The notes under the pieces are model-generated. The model did not search any database, had not been told where the DNA came from, and worked only from the letters and a program-made list of their open reading frames with translations. 50,681 bases of DNA from an uncultured Eubacteriales bacterium (GTDB lineage Bacteria > Acidobacteriota > Aminicenantia > Aminicenantales > UBA8522), in the NCBI GenBank assembly GCA_964408495.1, contig CAYOZW010000002.1, positions 388-51,068 of the forward strand, written 5' to 3'. The position numbers and the translations under genes were made by a program. The stretch's first letter is position 1; each line of letters starts with the position of its first letter. This document shows positions 16,944-26,588 of the stretch, piece after piece.

Positions 16944-17123
16944 AGAAGCCCGCGGCGGAGCCGGCTGTGTTCGAACGTAATGGAGCTGGACGAGCCCGGA
17001 TGGATAGGTGTTACAGGGAACCAATTCAAAGTCGCACCGCCCGTCCATTTTCCGAAAGAGAGGGATTCCCCCTCCGAGGAGGATGGGATGGACAGACAGG
17101 ATCATTTCATCGATGAGGTCATC
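16944..17123 (-). pseudogene. C-terminal remnant of a RibD_C/dihydrofolate-reductase-like gene
   Basis: The last 60 aa of track ORF 16941..17378 read DDLIDEMILSVHPILLGGGIPLFRK..FELV....SGLVQLHYVR. This is the C-terminal strand pattern of RibD_C-domain reductases. Everything upstream of it is occupied by the porin gene, whose stop is at 17125. The N-terminal approximately two-thirds of the domain is absent. Confidence 0.45.
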
Positions 17124-17124
17124 C

Positions 17125-18147
17125 TTAGAACGCGGCCTGAAACTGAAGGGAAAGAGTCTGGTTCGTTGTCCCCTCGCCCTCTTTCTTGTAGAGGCTGTAG
17201 TTAGCCGCCAGTTTGGTCTTTTTCCAGAGATGCCAGTTGGCCGCCAATGTAAAAAGGCCGGTCCGGTCGCCGGACATATCTTTGTCCTGATCATAGGTAT
17301 CCCACTTGACCACGGCCTGGAGCTTCCCGGGAAGGATAAAATAGCCCCCCTGGAGATACCATCCGGACCTGGAGACAAGGTCGTCTTTGCCGGAGATGAA
17401 CTCCCCAGCCAGGGACCATGCGCCCAGGTTGAACGCGGCCTCGAGACCGGCCCGGGTCCGGGACATGTCCGGAAGACCCTGGACGGGATTGTGACGGCCT
17501 CGATAGAGAGAGCCTCCGATCGCGAGGGTTGACGTCGGATGAAGGATCAGCCTGGCCGCCACGTCCTTGGCCTTGTTTGTGTCCAGCTTGTTGATGCCAG
17601 CACCGTTGAAAACTCCGAGGTAGTACTCGGCGATGGAATAACGGCCGGTGAACATCGCGCCGATATCCCGGCCCTGGGATCCTATGTCCCGGCTGGGAGA
17701 GAGCGCATTGACCACCTGGGACCTGAGGATCGTGTCCAGTTCCGAATCAGAAGTATTGTTCTCAAGGCTGAAGGGTACGTAATACTGACCGAACCGCAAT
17801 CCCAAATAAGGCCTGAACTGAATGTCGATTTGGGCATCCATCAGGGCGGGATTCTTTACAGCATCAACTTGTATTTTGAAACGGACATTCTTAAGCAGCT
17901 CACCGCTCAAAGTCAGCCTGGCCCGGGAGACTGAGAACGAATCTGTCCCTTTATCCCAATAATTATAGAGAAATTGAGTGTACCCACCCAGCTGGAAGCT
18001 CCGGCTTGACGTCACGGGAACAGGCTCTTGTTTCTCCTGTGTGCCGGCAAGTCCGGACAAGAACAGGATAAAAAAGACAGTCAAGCCGAATAGACTCATC
18101 CCCCGAATATGTTCTTTCTGCCGCCGCTTCCTCTCCAAATGCAACAT
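17125..18147 (-). CDS. Outer-membrane porin, phosphate-selective porin O/P (OprO/OprP) family-like
   Basis: A strong SD (AAAGGAGAGGG) precedes ATG 18147. A signal peptide is present. FSVSRARLTLSGELL..FKIQVD..LMDAQIDI..LRFGQYYVPFSLE is typical of the family. The C-terminus ends with aromatic F. Confidence 0.8.
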   Translation of the reverse strand: MLHLERKRRQKEHIRGMSLFGLTVFFILFLSGLAGTQEKQEPVPVTSSRSFQLGGYTQFLYNYWDKGTDSFSVSRARLTLSGELLKNVRFKIQVDAVKNPALMDAQIDIQFRPYLGLRFGQYYVPFSLENNTSDSELDTILRSQVVNALSPSRDIGSQGRDIGAMFTGRYSIAEYYLGVFNGAGINKLDTNKAKDVAARLILHPTSTLAIGGSLYRGRHNPVQGLPDMSRTRAGLEAAFNLGAWSLAGEFISGKDDLVSRSGWYLQGGYFILPGKLQAVVKWDTYDQDKDMSGDRTGLFTLAANWHLWKKTKLAANYSLYKKEGEGTTNQTLSLQFQAAF

Positions 18148-18250
18148 GTCCCTCTCCTTTCATCAGACGCGGAGAATCCAACCACTGACCTGTCGATTTC
18201 TCCTTACCCTGCGGATAACCCCAGTATTAGCAAGTTTGATCGAAACCGGC

Positions 18251-19801
18251 TCACCAGAAGATGATATAGAGGACGATCGTCGCCAGGACGACCAACCCGC
18301 AGAGCCATTTCAGGAGAGGAGGCGTCCGCATGTCGAAGCCCGCCTTGACCGGCAGCACCTTGGGTACTTTTAGCGGCCTGAAGATGGTAATGACGGCCAT
18401 GACGATGATCAGGAAGACGAAGTTGATGGCGATGCGGTTGAGGAAAGCGACATCGGGGAAAAACAGCATCAAGGCTCCGTAAACCGGCACAGTCAGGATC
18501 AAGGAAGCGAGGCCGGCGAGCGGCGGCGTTCGCTTGATGAACAGGCCGAAGATAAAGGCCGCCAGGATGCCGGGGGAGATGAACCCCTGGAACTCCTGGA
18601 TGTAGTTGAAAATCCCCTTGAACTTGGGGCTGCCCAGTTGGGGCGCGATCAGACAGACGGCCAGGACAAAGACCACAGTCGCCCAACGCCCGATTTTGAG
18701 CAGGGATTCGCTGCTCGCGTCCTTCTTGAGGTGGCGTTTATAGAGGTCCATGGTCAGGATGGCCGAGACGGAGTTCAGGAGCGAGCTCAGCGTGCTGATG
18801 ACCGCTCCGGCGATGGCCGCCAGGATGAACCCGCGCAGTCCCGGCCCGACCAGGTTGCGGATGAGCAGCGGGTAAGCCTGGTCGGTCGTGGCACCTGGGG
18901 CCATGAGCTGGCTCTTGTAGAGTTGGTAAGAAATGATTCCCGGCATGATGATGATGAACGGGATGGTCAGCTTGAGGAAGGCCGCAAATATGATGCCCAA
19001 CTGTCCTTGCTTCAGGCTTTTGGCGGCCAGGGTCCTCTGGGTGATGAACTGGTTGAGGCCCCAGTAATAGAAGTTCGGTATCCAGAGGCCGACGACGAGC
19101 GTCGTCCATGGGATCACCGGATGGTTGGAAGGCATGATCATGTGGAGCTTGTCGGCATTGGCGGAAAGGAACGAGCCGATGCCGCCGACGGCCCGCAAGC
19201 CGAGGACAAGAGTGACCACACCGCCGATGATGAGGCTCGATCCCTGGAAAAGGTCCGCCCAAGCCACGGCCTTGAGCCCGCCCCAGGTCGTGTAGACGGC
19301 GGCAATGATCCCAATCATCCAGACAGACCGGGTCAGGTCGATGTTAAAGATGGTGTGGAGAGCCAGCGCTCCTGTATAGACGACCGCCGAGATGCTGACC
19401 GCGATGTAGACGATAACGATGTAGCAGGCCATGATCCCGCGGGCCGCGGGATTGTAGCGGTACTCAAGGTACTCGGGAATAGTATAGATTCCGCTGCGCA
19501 AGAACTTGGGCAGGAAAAACAGGGCCACGACGACCAGGGTGATGGCCGCCATCCACTCGTAGCTGGCCACGGCGAACCCGGCGATGCCCGCGCCCTGTCC
19601 GGACATCCCGACGAAGTGTTCGGTCGAGATGTTGGCGGCGATGAGGGAAAATCCGATGAGCGGCCAGATAAGCGAGCGGCCGGCCAGGAAGAAATCCTCC
19701 CCCGTCCTCTCCTTCCGGCTCTTGTACATGCTCACCGAGATAACAACGGCGAAAAAGAGAACGAAGATCGTCAGGTCAAGCCAGTGCAGGCTCATGGCCA
19801 T
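18251..19801 (-). CDS. Sodium:solute symporter (SSS/SGLT-type)
   Basis: It is polytopic, with about 13-14 hydrophobic segments. The N-terminal signature is EDFFLAGRSL..ANISTEHFVGMSGQG. The start is 21 nt downstream of the DUF5916 gene's stop. Confidence 0.9.
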   Translation of the reverse strand: MAMSLHWLDLTIFVLFFAVVISVSMYKSRKERTGEDFFLAGRSLIWPLIGFSLIAANISTEHFVGMSGQGAGIAGFAVASYEWMAAITLVVVALFFLPKFLRSGIYTIPEYLEYRYNPAARGIMACYIVIVYIAVSISAVVYTGALALHTIFNIDLTRSVWMIGIIAAVYTTWGGLKAVAWADLFQGSSLIIGGVVTLVLGLRAVGGIGSFLSANADKLHMIMPSNHPVIPWTTLVVGLWIPNFYYWGLNQFITQRTLAAKSLKQGQLGIIFAAFLKLTIPFIIIMPGIISYQLYKSQLMAPGATTDQAYPLLIRNLVGPGLRGFILAAIAGAVISTLSSLLNSVSAILTMDLYKRHLKKDASSESLLKIGRWATVVFVLAVCLIAPQLGSPKFKGIFNYIQEFQGFISPGILAAFIFGLFIKRTPPLAGLASLILTVPVYGALMLFFPDVAFLNRIAINFVFLIIVMAVITIFRPLKVPKVLPVKAGFDMRTPPLLKWLCGLVVLATIVLYIIFW

Positions 19802-19822
19802 CTCCTCTTGCCCATATTATAT

Positions 19823-22012
19823 TCAAGGCCTGATCGATAACAAGATCTTGACGACGCCGCGCTCTTCCATGGGCAAGAACCGGCTGGTCGGGTTCCAGCG
19901 CCTCTCCCAGTTCTTGTTATAAACAAGGTAGATCTCGTTTCCGGGCGAGATCTGCCAGCGGAGGCGGGCGCTCCAGCCCAACTGCTTGGAAATGTCGTCG
20001 TACTGGATATAGTTCATCAGACCCAGGTCGGGCGAAACAAAAAAGTCGGCCTTGACCTGATAGACATTTTCGCTGAAGTGACCCTCAGGAAGCCTGCCCC
20101 TCACCAAGTCTGTCTGCAACTCAAGGTTCAGATAGCCTTTGTATTTTATCGCCAGCCCAATATTCACGTCATCGTAGTGGCCCGAATAGAACTCGCCGAA
20201 ATTGTAGTTCAGGTCGATAACGGCCGACCGATAATTGGCGGTATTGAGGTTGAGACGATAGCTTGTGAAATCATAGGAGCCTGCGGGAAGAACGACCCCC
20301 TCGGCAACCTCGAAGTCATAAGGCAGAACATCGCGGTTGGAGACGATCTCGAACCCGAGCTGCTCGCCGCTCTCCGTGTTCAGACTCAGGGGTGTCAGCT
20401 CGAGCCGGCGAGTCTCCAGTTTGCCCGTGAGGTCCCAATAGTAATCGCCGCTGGCCTGGAAAAAGAACTGACGGACAAGCCGGCCGAGGGGGCCGTTCCC
20501 CGGCCGGGGTTGAAACGACACCCTGCCGTAGGCCGTCTGGATGCCCTGCCGCAGCATGAAACCCATTCCCGGGTCGAGAGATTCTCCATAGTAAGCATAA
20601 GTGCTCTGGATGTTCCAGAGGTCGTTGGGGTAATCGGCCCGGAAGCCGAAGCCGTGATGACGTCCCTCTTCCTTTTCGTTCCAGTTGTAAGCCGCCCAGG
20701 CGGCCAGCATGATATTTTTATTCCCCAGGAACTTCGACGACGAATACTGGAAATCTGCGCCGGCCAGGGAATTCCTCTCCCCTGTCGGGCTGCCATTGGT
20801 GAAGATCCAGCCGACTTTGCTCTCGGCAAAGATGTCCTGGGTCATCCGAGCGGCGAAAAAGTTGACGCTCGGAAGCTGCTCGTATTTTTTGGTCTGGACA
20901 TCGAAGACGGAGAGGTTCGTCCGGCCGATCTTGCCGTAGAGCTTGGTGCCGAACAGGACCGGGACCTGTTCGCCCTCGTAAAGTCCTATCCTCCGACTGA
21001 AGAAGGGCCGGAAGCTGATGCTCGAGCTGAAGTTGAAAGTTTCCGAGCCCTCAAGGAAGAACATCCGTTTTTCTGGGAAAAACAGCGGGAAGCGGGTCAG
21101 GTTGATCCGGCGTTCATCGACCTCCGTCTCGGCGAAGTCCATGTTGTAGCTGACCACGCCCACGAGGTTGGGCGTAAAGTTTTTATAAAGGTCGAAACCG
21201 GCATTGGCGTCGACGCTGGCACCGCCGGGCTCCGCATGGTTTTTGAGGCTATCGACGAGGCCATAGGGCCGAAAGGTGATACCTAAGCCCTGTTTTATCC
21301 CCTCGATCCCTTCTAGGCCAGCGGCTTCCATCGGGTTGTTGAAATTGCTGTCCCTGTTGGTCCCCGAGAGCCGGATGGTCTCCTGCTTGCGGGCGATAAT
21401 CCGCTCGACGTTGACTCCCCAGACCGTCAGGCCAGGCTTGAAGGAGATGGTTTTAAACGGAACCCTGATCTCCACGCTCCAGCCGTTCTCGAGGATTCGG
21501 CTTTTGCCCTCCCAGATGCCGTCCCAGTTGAGGCTGGCCTCTCCCCCCGAGATCAGCCCCTCCCCGCGAGCGCCGCGGGGGTTGACGAAAAAGATATAGG
21601 CGGTCCGCTTGTCCTGGAAAGGATCGATCAGGAGGCTGACGGTATCGTTGCTCTGGCCCTGGGGACGGTGGAAGCCACCCATGCCATGCTGACTGGATCC
21701 GCTGTCATGAGCCAGAGTGTTGGCGGCGATACGGGCTGGCTCGCTGTCATAGCAGAAAACACCGACATAAAGGTTCGATTCGTCAAAAAGAATCCTCAGC
21801 TCGGTCTTCTCCGTCGGGTCCCCATTGGGTTCGGGCTCGGCCGTCCGGAAGGAACTGAAGACCTCGGCCGACTGCCAGGCCGGGTCGGAGAGGATCCCGT
21901 CGATCCGGGGCGCTTTGTCGACACGAACAGCTTTGATTTGGGCGGCAAAGAGAGGAGATGAAAGCATGGCCGCCGTCACGACGACGAGGGCGAGGAGTTT
22001 TTTCATTGTCAT
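19823..22012 (-). CDS. CBM9-like + DUF5916 domain protein (predicted OM beta-barrel type), paralogue 1
   Basis: The signal peptide is MTMKKLLALVVVTAAMLSSPLFAAQ, starting at ATG 22012 or 22006 (the track start TTG 22075 is less likely). The CBM9-like N-terminus reads IDGILSDPAWQ..LYVGVFCYD..PFQDKRTAYIFFVNPRG..W.VEIRVPFKTISF..WGVNVERII. The long C-terminal segment has alternating hydrophobicity. Confidence 0.85.
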   Translation of the reverse strand: MTMKKLLALVVVTAAMLSSPLFAAQIKAVRVDKAPRIDGILSDPAWQSAEVFSSFRTAEPEPNGDPTEKTELRILFDESNLYVGVFCYDSEPARIAANTLAHDSGSSQHGMGGFHRPQGQSNDTVSLLIDPFQDKRTAYIFFVNPRGARGEGLISGGEASLNWDGIWEGKSRILENGWSVEIRVPFKTISFKPGLTVWGVNVERIIARKQETIRLSGTNRDSNFNNPMEAAGLEGIEGIKQGLGITFRPYGLVDSLKNHAEPGGASVDANAGFDLYKNFTPNLVGVVSYNMDFAETEVDERRINLTRFPLFFPEKRMFFLEGSETFNFSSSISFRPFFSRRIGLYEGEQVPVLFGTKLYGKIGRTNLSVFDVQTKKYEQLPSVNFFAARMTQDIFAESKVGWIFTNGSPTGERNSLAGADFQYSSSKFLGNKNIMLAAWAAYNWNEKEEGRHHGFGFRADYPNDLWNIQSTYAYYGESLDPGMGFMLRQGIQTAYGRVSFQPRPGNGPLGRLVRQFFFQASGDYYWDLTGKLETRRLELTPLSLNTESGEQLGFEIVSNRDVLPYDFEVAEGVVLPAGSYDFTSYRLNLNTANYRSAVIDLNYNFGEFYSGHYDDVNIGLAIKYKGYLNLELQTDLVRGRLPEGHFSENVYQVKADFFVSPDLGLMNYIQYDDISKQLGWSARLRWQISPGNEIYLVYNKNWERRWNPTSRFLPMEERGVVKILLSIRP

Positions 22013-22129
22013 TCTGGCCGGCCCAAAATATGAAGTCTTATCATTAAACTCCGCGTATTCTATTGTGTGGGACAATCTTTTTCAACACATTGCGGCATTT
22101 ATTTCCGAGAAGATACGGATCTGCCGTTT

Positions 22130-23056
22130 ATGAGTTTATTTAATGAGTCAGGATTTCCTGTCCAGGAAGGAAGCATAGAGCAAGACGGAGAGAGCTGTCA
22201 AAAACGGCTGGGCGTTGACCCTTTCCGAGCGGCTGTGATATCGTCACGCCCGGAGGTCGCCAATCCATCGATGGCCCCAGAATTTAGAGAACTCCTCGTC
22301 GTCATCCCGCACAGTGGAATCGTTATTCCCGAGGAAATCCAGCTGGACTCCCTGTCCGACGATTTCCCGGGGCTGATCAGAAATGTGGACTGGTATACCA
22401 ACTGGCTGTACGATTTCCGTGACCTGCTCGACAACAAGCAGATCGTTTTCCCCTACTGCAGCCTGGTCCTCGAAAGCAACAGGCATCCGGACGTTTTGGA
22501 CGACAGCGTCCCCTTTAAAGATGTCCATGGAATTCCTATCTACCGGCCCGGCCGGGAACCGGGGGAAAAACTGCGGATATGCATGGCCCGAAAGTACCTC
22601 CATCCTTTTCACCAAGCCATCAGCGAGGAGATCGGCCACGACAAGCTGTTCCTCCTTGACGGCCATTCCACCATCGCTGCCCGGGGAATGTCTGACAACC
22701 AGATCGACCTGATGAATTTCCAGGTCACAAAACTCGAGGGCCGGCCCCGGCACTTCTGCCCGGACATGGTCGTCGACATTTACGCCGAAGCTTTGCAAAA
22801 ACGGCTGCCCGAAGTGAAGGTTACGGTCAACGCCTCTGAATATTACACGACCTACGGCCACATCTGCGCCGCGCACTCGGTCAATTCTTTAAAGAGAGAA
22901 GGGAGTCGGGTGCCGGCCTTCCTTCAGGAAACCAACGAGAAACTTTACCGGAACGCCGACCGGATGCCTAACATTGAAGCGCTCAACAGGCTCCGCCGCG
23001 CCTTTGCGGAATCCCTGGCGGAGATGCGGGAAAAAGCCGGCCTGTCCGACGGGTAA
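22130..23056 (+). CDS. N-formylglutamate amidohydrolase (FGase) family hydrolase
   Basis: LVVIPHSGIVIPEE, DWYT, SLVLESNRHP and YLHPFHQAI..LFLLDGHST match the FGase-family pattern. The start is ambiguous: ATG 22130 or ATG 22271. Confidence 0.7.
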   Translation: MSLFNESGFPVQEGSIEQDGESCQKRLGVDPFRAAVISSRPEVANPSMAPEFRELLVVIPHSGIVIPEEIQLDSLSDDFPGLIRNVDWYTNWLYDFRDLLDNKQIVFPYCSLVLESNRHPDVLDDSVPFKDVHGIPIYRPGREPGEKLRICMARKYLHPFHQAISEEIGHDKLFLLDGHSTIAARGMSDNQIDLMNFQVTKLEGRPRHFCPDMVVDIYAEALQKRLPEVKVTVNASEYYTTYGHICAAHSVNSLKREGSRVPAFLQETNEKLYRNADRMPNIEALNRLRRAFAESLAEMREKAGLSDG

Positions 23057-23087
23057 AAAAGCGGGGGAGGAAGGCTCAGGTCCTCGG

Positions 23088-24047
23088 CTATTTGGATAGC
23101 CGGAAAATCATTTTTTTCGACCGCGTAATGCTGACATAGCCCCCCAGGGGAATGGCCGGCAGGTTGCGGATTATCTTATGGCCGAAACTGGGGGCGACGA
23201 GGATCGGCAGGGGCCGGCCCTTCTTTTTCCGTGTCTTCATGACCTCCCAGAGATACACATTGATGAAGATCAGAGCTTTTGCCTGGAAATTCTTCACTTT
23301 TTTGGGGTTCCGGTCGGCACTCAACGAACCGATCACCAGGGCCCTTATCTCCTTGAAAACCTTGTGCCTTCTCAAAGCGGCCAGCAGGCGGTGGAGGTCT
23401 TCCAGGTCGATTCCGAGGTCCTCGATAAAGAGGATATGTTTCCGCCAGTTCAACAGGGGCGGTTCCCGCCGGTTCAAGAAATTGACAAAAGTGGTCAAGT
23501 TGCCCCCGATGGGGATCCCCGAAATCTTCCGAGGGGGCGGGGCGGTCAACCAGGACGACCCCGTGTAGGCGGCTTCGCCCCCGGCCAGGAGAGTCATGAT
23601 CTTTTGGGAATTCCCCCTGGTCAATCTCAAAGACGGAAAGATGATGCCAGGGACACGGCAACGAAAATAGATCTCGTTGAGCAGGAAGGTGAAATCGGAA
23701 AACCCGATGAATACGGGCCGGCGCTCCTTGATGACCCGGAAATCCGTCCGGTCTATCCTGAGGACAAGGTCCTCCGCCCCCGTTCCCCCGGCCACCGAGG
23801 CAATCAGGTCATACTCCCGGATGACCTCCTTGAACTCTCTCGTCCGATCCTCCACCGAGGCCGTCACATGGTCGATAAGTTTATGACTGGTATAAAGATA
23901 GGGGCTCAAGTGAATATCCGTAACACCCAGGGACCGGCTCAGAAGCCGGACCAGCTTATCGAGATAAGGCCTACTCTTAGCGGGAAGGCAGGTCGAGGGG
24001 GCGATGAAGCAGATTTTGTCGATGGGACTCGGGTCATTATATAGCAT
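23088..24047 (-). CDS. LD-carboxypeptidase (peptidase S66, LdcA/MccF-like)
   Basis: ICFIAPS opens the protein. GFSDFTF carries the Ser nucleophile, LFIEDLG the Glu and FGHK the His. ATG 24047 lies downstream of a near-consensus promoter. Confidence 0.85.
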   Translation of the reverse strand: MLYNDPSPIDKICFIAPSTCLPAKSRPYLDKLVRLLSRSLGVTDIHLSPYLYTSHKLIDHVTASVEDRTREFKEVIREYDLIASVAGGTGAEDLVLRIDRTDFRVIKERRPVFIGFSDFTFLLNEIYFRCRVPGIIFPSLRLTRGNSQKIMTLLAGGEAAYTGSSWLTAPPPRKISGIPIGGNLTTFVNFLNRREPPLLNWRKHILFIEDLGIDLEDLHRLLAALRRHKVFKEIRALVIGSLSADRNPKKVKNFQAKALIFINVYLWEVMKTRKKKGRPLPILVAPSFGHKIIRNLPAIPLGGYVSITRSKKMIFRLSK

Positions 24048-24076
24048 GGGGACAACCCCCTGGAGGGGGGAAATTG

Positions 24077-24105
24077 AATATAGCCAAAATAGCACTTCAT
24101 GTCAA
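24077..24105 (-). promoter_or_regulatory. Sigma70-like promoter TTGACA-N17-TATATT for the LD-carboxypeptidase gene
   Basis: On the minus strand, TTGACA is at 24105-24100 (2 nt after the permease stop) and TATATT at 24082-24077, with a 17-nt spacer. The ATG at 24047 is about 30 nt downstream. Confidence 0.45.
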
Positions 24106-24107
24106 TT

Positions 24108-25472
24108 TCAGCCTTTTCGGCCCTTTTTCAGCTTCCCCGCCCAGAAGAAATAGAAGGGAATCCCGGTGGCGATGAAGGCGATATCTTCGAGCGACCTTCG
24201 CCAGTCCGTGGCCGCCCGGAAGGCCAAAAAGAACAGGATTCCGGCCAGGAAAACCGCGGGGAGGAGGGGATACAAGGGGACGCGAAAAATATCCTCTCCT
24301 CCCCTATCCTTCATTCGTAACTTGAACAGGGCGAAGGTGTTCAGCGCCCAGAAGATGAGGATCCCGAAGACCATGCCAGCGGCGATCACCTCAAAGGTCC
24401 CTCTCAGGAAAAGGATGACGATCGCCCAGAGGCAGTGGGCGATGATGGCCCGGGAAGGAGTCCGGAAGCGGGGGTGGATGTGGTCCAGCCAGCGGAAAAA
24501 GAGCCCGTCCCTGGCCATGGCATAATAGGCGCGGGTGGCGGTCATCATCGTCCCGTTGATGCTGCTGGTGGCCGAGGCGATGACTAAAATCGCCACGAAG
24601 ATGGCGCCTGCCGAACCCGCCAGCTTGACCGCTGTGGCCGAGGCGACAATGGTGTTGCCGCGGACTCCTTCCATCCCCAGCGTCCGGTGATAGACCAGGT
24701 TCGTCAGGCAATAGAGGATGACGATCGCGGCGATGCCCAGGAAAAGGCTCACCGGAATCGTTTTCCTGGGATTTCTCATCTCGGCCGCCGAATACCCCAG
24801 GCGCTCCAATCCGGTATAGGCAAAAAAGACCATAAGCAGGGCCGCAACCAGATTGCCGACGACGCCGAGGTTCATGGTCGGCTGCGCTCGAGTGTCCAGA
24901 AGGCTGGAGTGTCCCTGAACGAGGATCAGTCCGGCGATGACCAGGATAAAGAGGCCGATGGTTTTATAGAAAGTGAAAACCCGCTGGAAAAGGCTGGCCC
25001 TCTTGATGCCGATATAGTTCAAGGCTCCGAGGAGCAAGATGACCGCGACCGCGACCAGTTTGTGGGCGGGGTCGCTGAGCCGGACAAAACTTCTCAGATA
25101 ATCGGCGGTCACAATGGCCAGGCCGGCCGCCGGGCTCGTCCGGATGATGAAAAGCTGGGACCAGCCGAAGATAAACCCGGCGAACGGGCCGAGAGCCCGG
25201 CTGACATAGACATATTCCCCGCCGGCTTCAGGCAGGCGCGTCCCCAGCTCGGCATAGATCAACCCGCCGATGTAGACGAATATCCCGACGATGATCCAGA
25301 GGGAAATGACCTCCCGGAAGGAGCTGAGATAGCCGGCGATGATCTGGGGGGTGGAGTAGATGCCGGCGCCGATGGTGATACCCACCAGGATGGCGATTCC
25401 GTCGACCACTCCGAGCGTCCGGAGGAGAGTGGGCCGACCGGCACCGGCAACGGCTCGATCCTCTCGGCTCAT
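24108..25472 (-). CDS. APC-superfamily amino acid permease
   Basis: It has a 12-TM profile. TM1 carries the motif GITIGAGIYSTP. ATG 25472 is one codon inside the track's TTG start. Confidence 0.9.
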   Translation of the reverse strand: MSREDRAVAGAGRPTLLRTLGVVDGIAILVGITIGAGIYSTPQIIAGYLSSFREVISLWIIVGIFVYIGGLIYAELGTRLPEAGGEYVYVSRALGPFAGFIFGWSQLFIIRTSPAAGLAIVTADYLRSFVRLSDPAHKLVAVAVILLLGALNYIGIKRASLFQRVFTFYKTIGLFILVIAGLILVQGHSSLLDTRAQPTMNLGVVGNLVAALLMVFFAYTGLERLGYSAAEMRNPRKTIPVSLFLGIAAIVILYCLTNLVYHRTLGMEGVRGNTIVASATAVKLAGSAGAIFVAILVIASATSSINGTMMTATRAYYAMARDGLFFRWLDHIHPRFRTPSRAIIAHCLWAIVILFLRGTFEVIAAGMVFGILIFWALNTFALFKLRMKDRGGEDIFRVPLYPLLPAVFLAGILFFLAFRAATDWRRSLEDIAFIATGIPFYFFWAGKLKKGRKG

Positions 25473-25647
25473 CAATTCTGATTTTTATTCAACTTCCCAG
25501 AAAAAGTAAAGCCGAAGGAGACGTTCCCTTTTCTATTGACCTCTTATTCTGATGTATGCTAGGTTTGCAGCGGTTCCTGTATACTTAAAAGTCCCCCACC
25601 GTCAGAGTCAAGGTGACGCCGCGAATTGCCTGAGAAGGAGGAGAAAC

Positions 25648-26529
25648 ATGCCGGAAGCGGATGATTCAAAAAGAACTGGACAATATCATCCTGATAAATC
25701 CCAAAAAGCAGAACCCTTTTTCCTCAAGGGATCCGGGGCGCTGGACTGGGGGATGAAAAACCGGCTGGCCCGGATCTTCAGTCCCGCCTCGGGCCGGACG
25801 GTCATGCTGGCTATTGACCACGGCTATTTCCAGGGGCCCACCGGCGGGCTGGAACGGGTGGACATCAACATCCTCCCTCTGGTCCCTTACGCGGACAGCC
25901 TGATGCTGACAAGGGGAATCCTGAGGACGATAGTCCCGCCCGCCGCGCCAAAGTCAATCGTCCTCCGCGTCTCGGGAGGAACGAGCATCCTGAAAGAGCT
26001 CTCCAACGAAGGGATCGCCGTCGACGTTGAGGACTCCGTCCGGCTGAACGTCTGCGCCATGGCCGTGCAAGTCTTCATCGGCGGCGAACATGAGAAAGAG
26101 TCCATTCTCAATATGACGAAGATGGTCGATGCCGGCATCCGCTACGGGATCCCCACCCTGGCCGTCACAGCGGTCGGCAAAGAGATGAAGCGCGACGCCC
26201 GCTATTTCCGGCTGGCCGCCAGGATCTGCGCCGAGCTCGGCGCCCACATCATCAAAACATACTACGTCGAAGACGGGTTCGAGACCGTGACCGCCTCTTG
26301 CCCCGTTCCGGTCGTCATGGCCGGCGGGAAAAAGATCCCGGAACTCGACGCCCTGACAATGGCCTACAAAGCCTGCCAGGAAGGAGCGGCCGGGGTCGAC
26401 ATGGGACGCAATATCTTTCAGTCAGATCATCCCGTCGCCATGATCCAGGCCGTCCGCGCCGTCGTCCACCGCAACGAGGCTCCGGAAAAGGCATTTGCGC
26501 TCTTCCAAGACCTCGCCCGGCAAGGCTGA
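25648..26529 (+). CDS. Class I aldolase of the DhnA/FbaB/LsrF family
   Basis: SD AGGAGG lies 7 nt before ATG 25648. [28 protein letters not shown], the Schiff-base Lys context HIIKTYY, and VVMAGGKK are present. Confidence 0.8.
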   Translation: MPEADDSKRTGQYHPDKSQKAEPFFLKGSGALDWGMKNRLARIFSPASGRTVMLAIDHGYFQGPTGGLERVDINILPLVPYADSLMLTRGILRTIVPPAAPKSIVLRVSGGTSILKELSNEGIAVDVEDSVRLNVCAMAVQVFIGGEHEKESILNMTKMVDAGIRYGIPTLAVTAVGKEMKRDARYFRLAARICAELGAHIIKTYYVEDGFETVTASCPVPVVMAGGKKIPELDALTMAYKACQEGAAGVDMGRNIFQSDHPVAMIQAVRAVVHRNEAPEKAFALFQDLARQG

Positions 26530-26588
26530 TCGGCTCTCTCTCCTCAAGAGGTGTCAGCGGCCGTCCAGACTTCCGGAGCGATCACGCC

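Noticed and set aside
16941-17378. 145-aa ORF as an intact gene
   Set aside because: Only its last ~60 aa look like a real domain (RibD_C C-terminus). The N-terminal 85 aa overlap the porin gene in another frame, so I treat it as a remnant.
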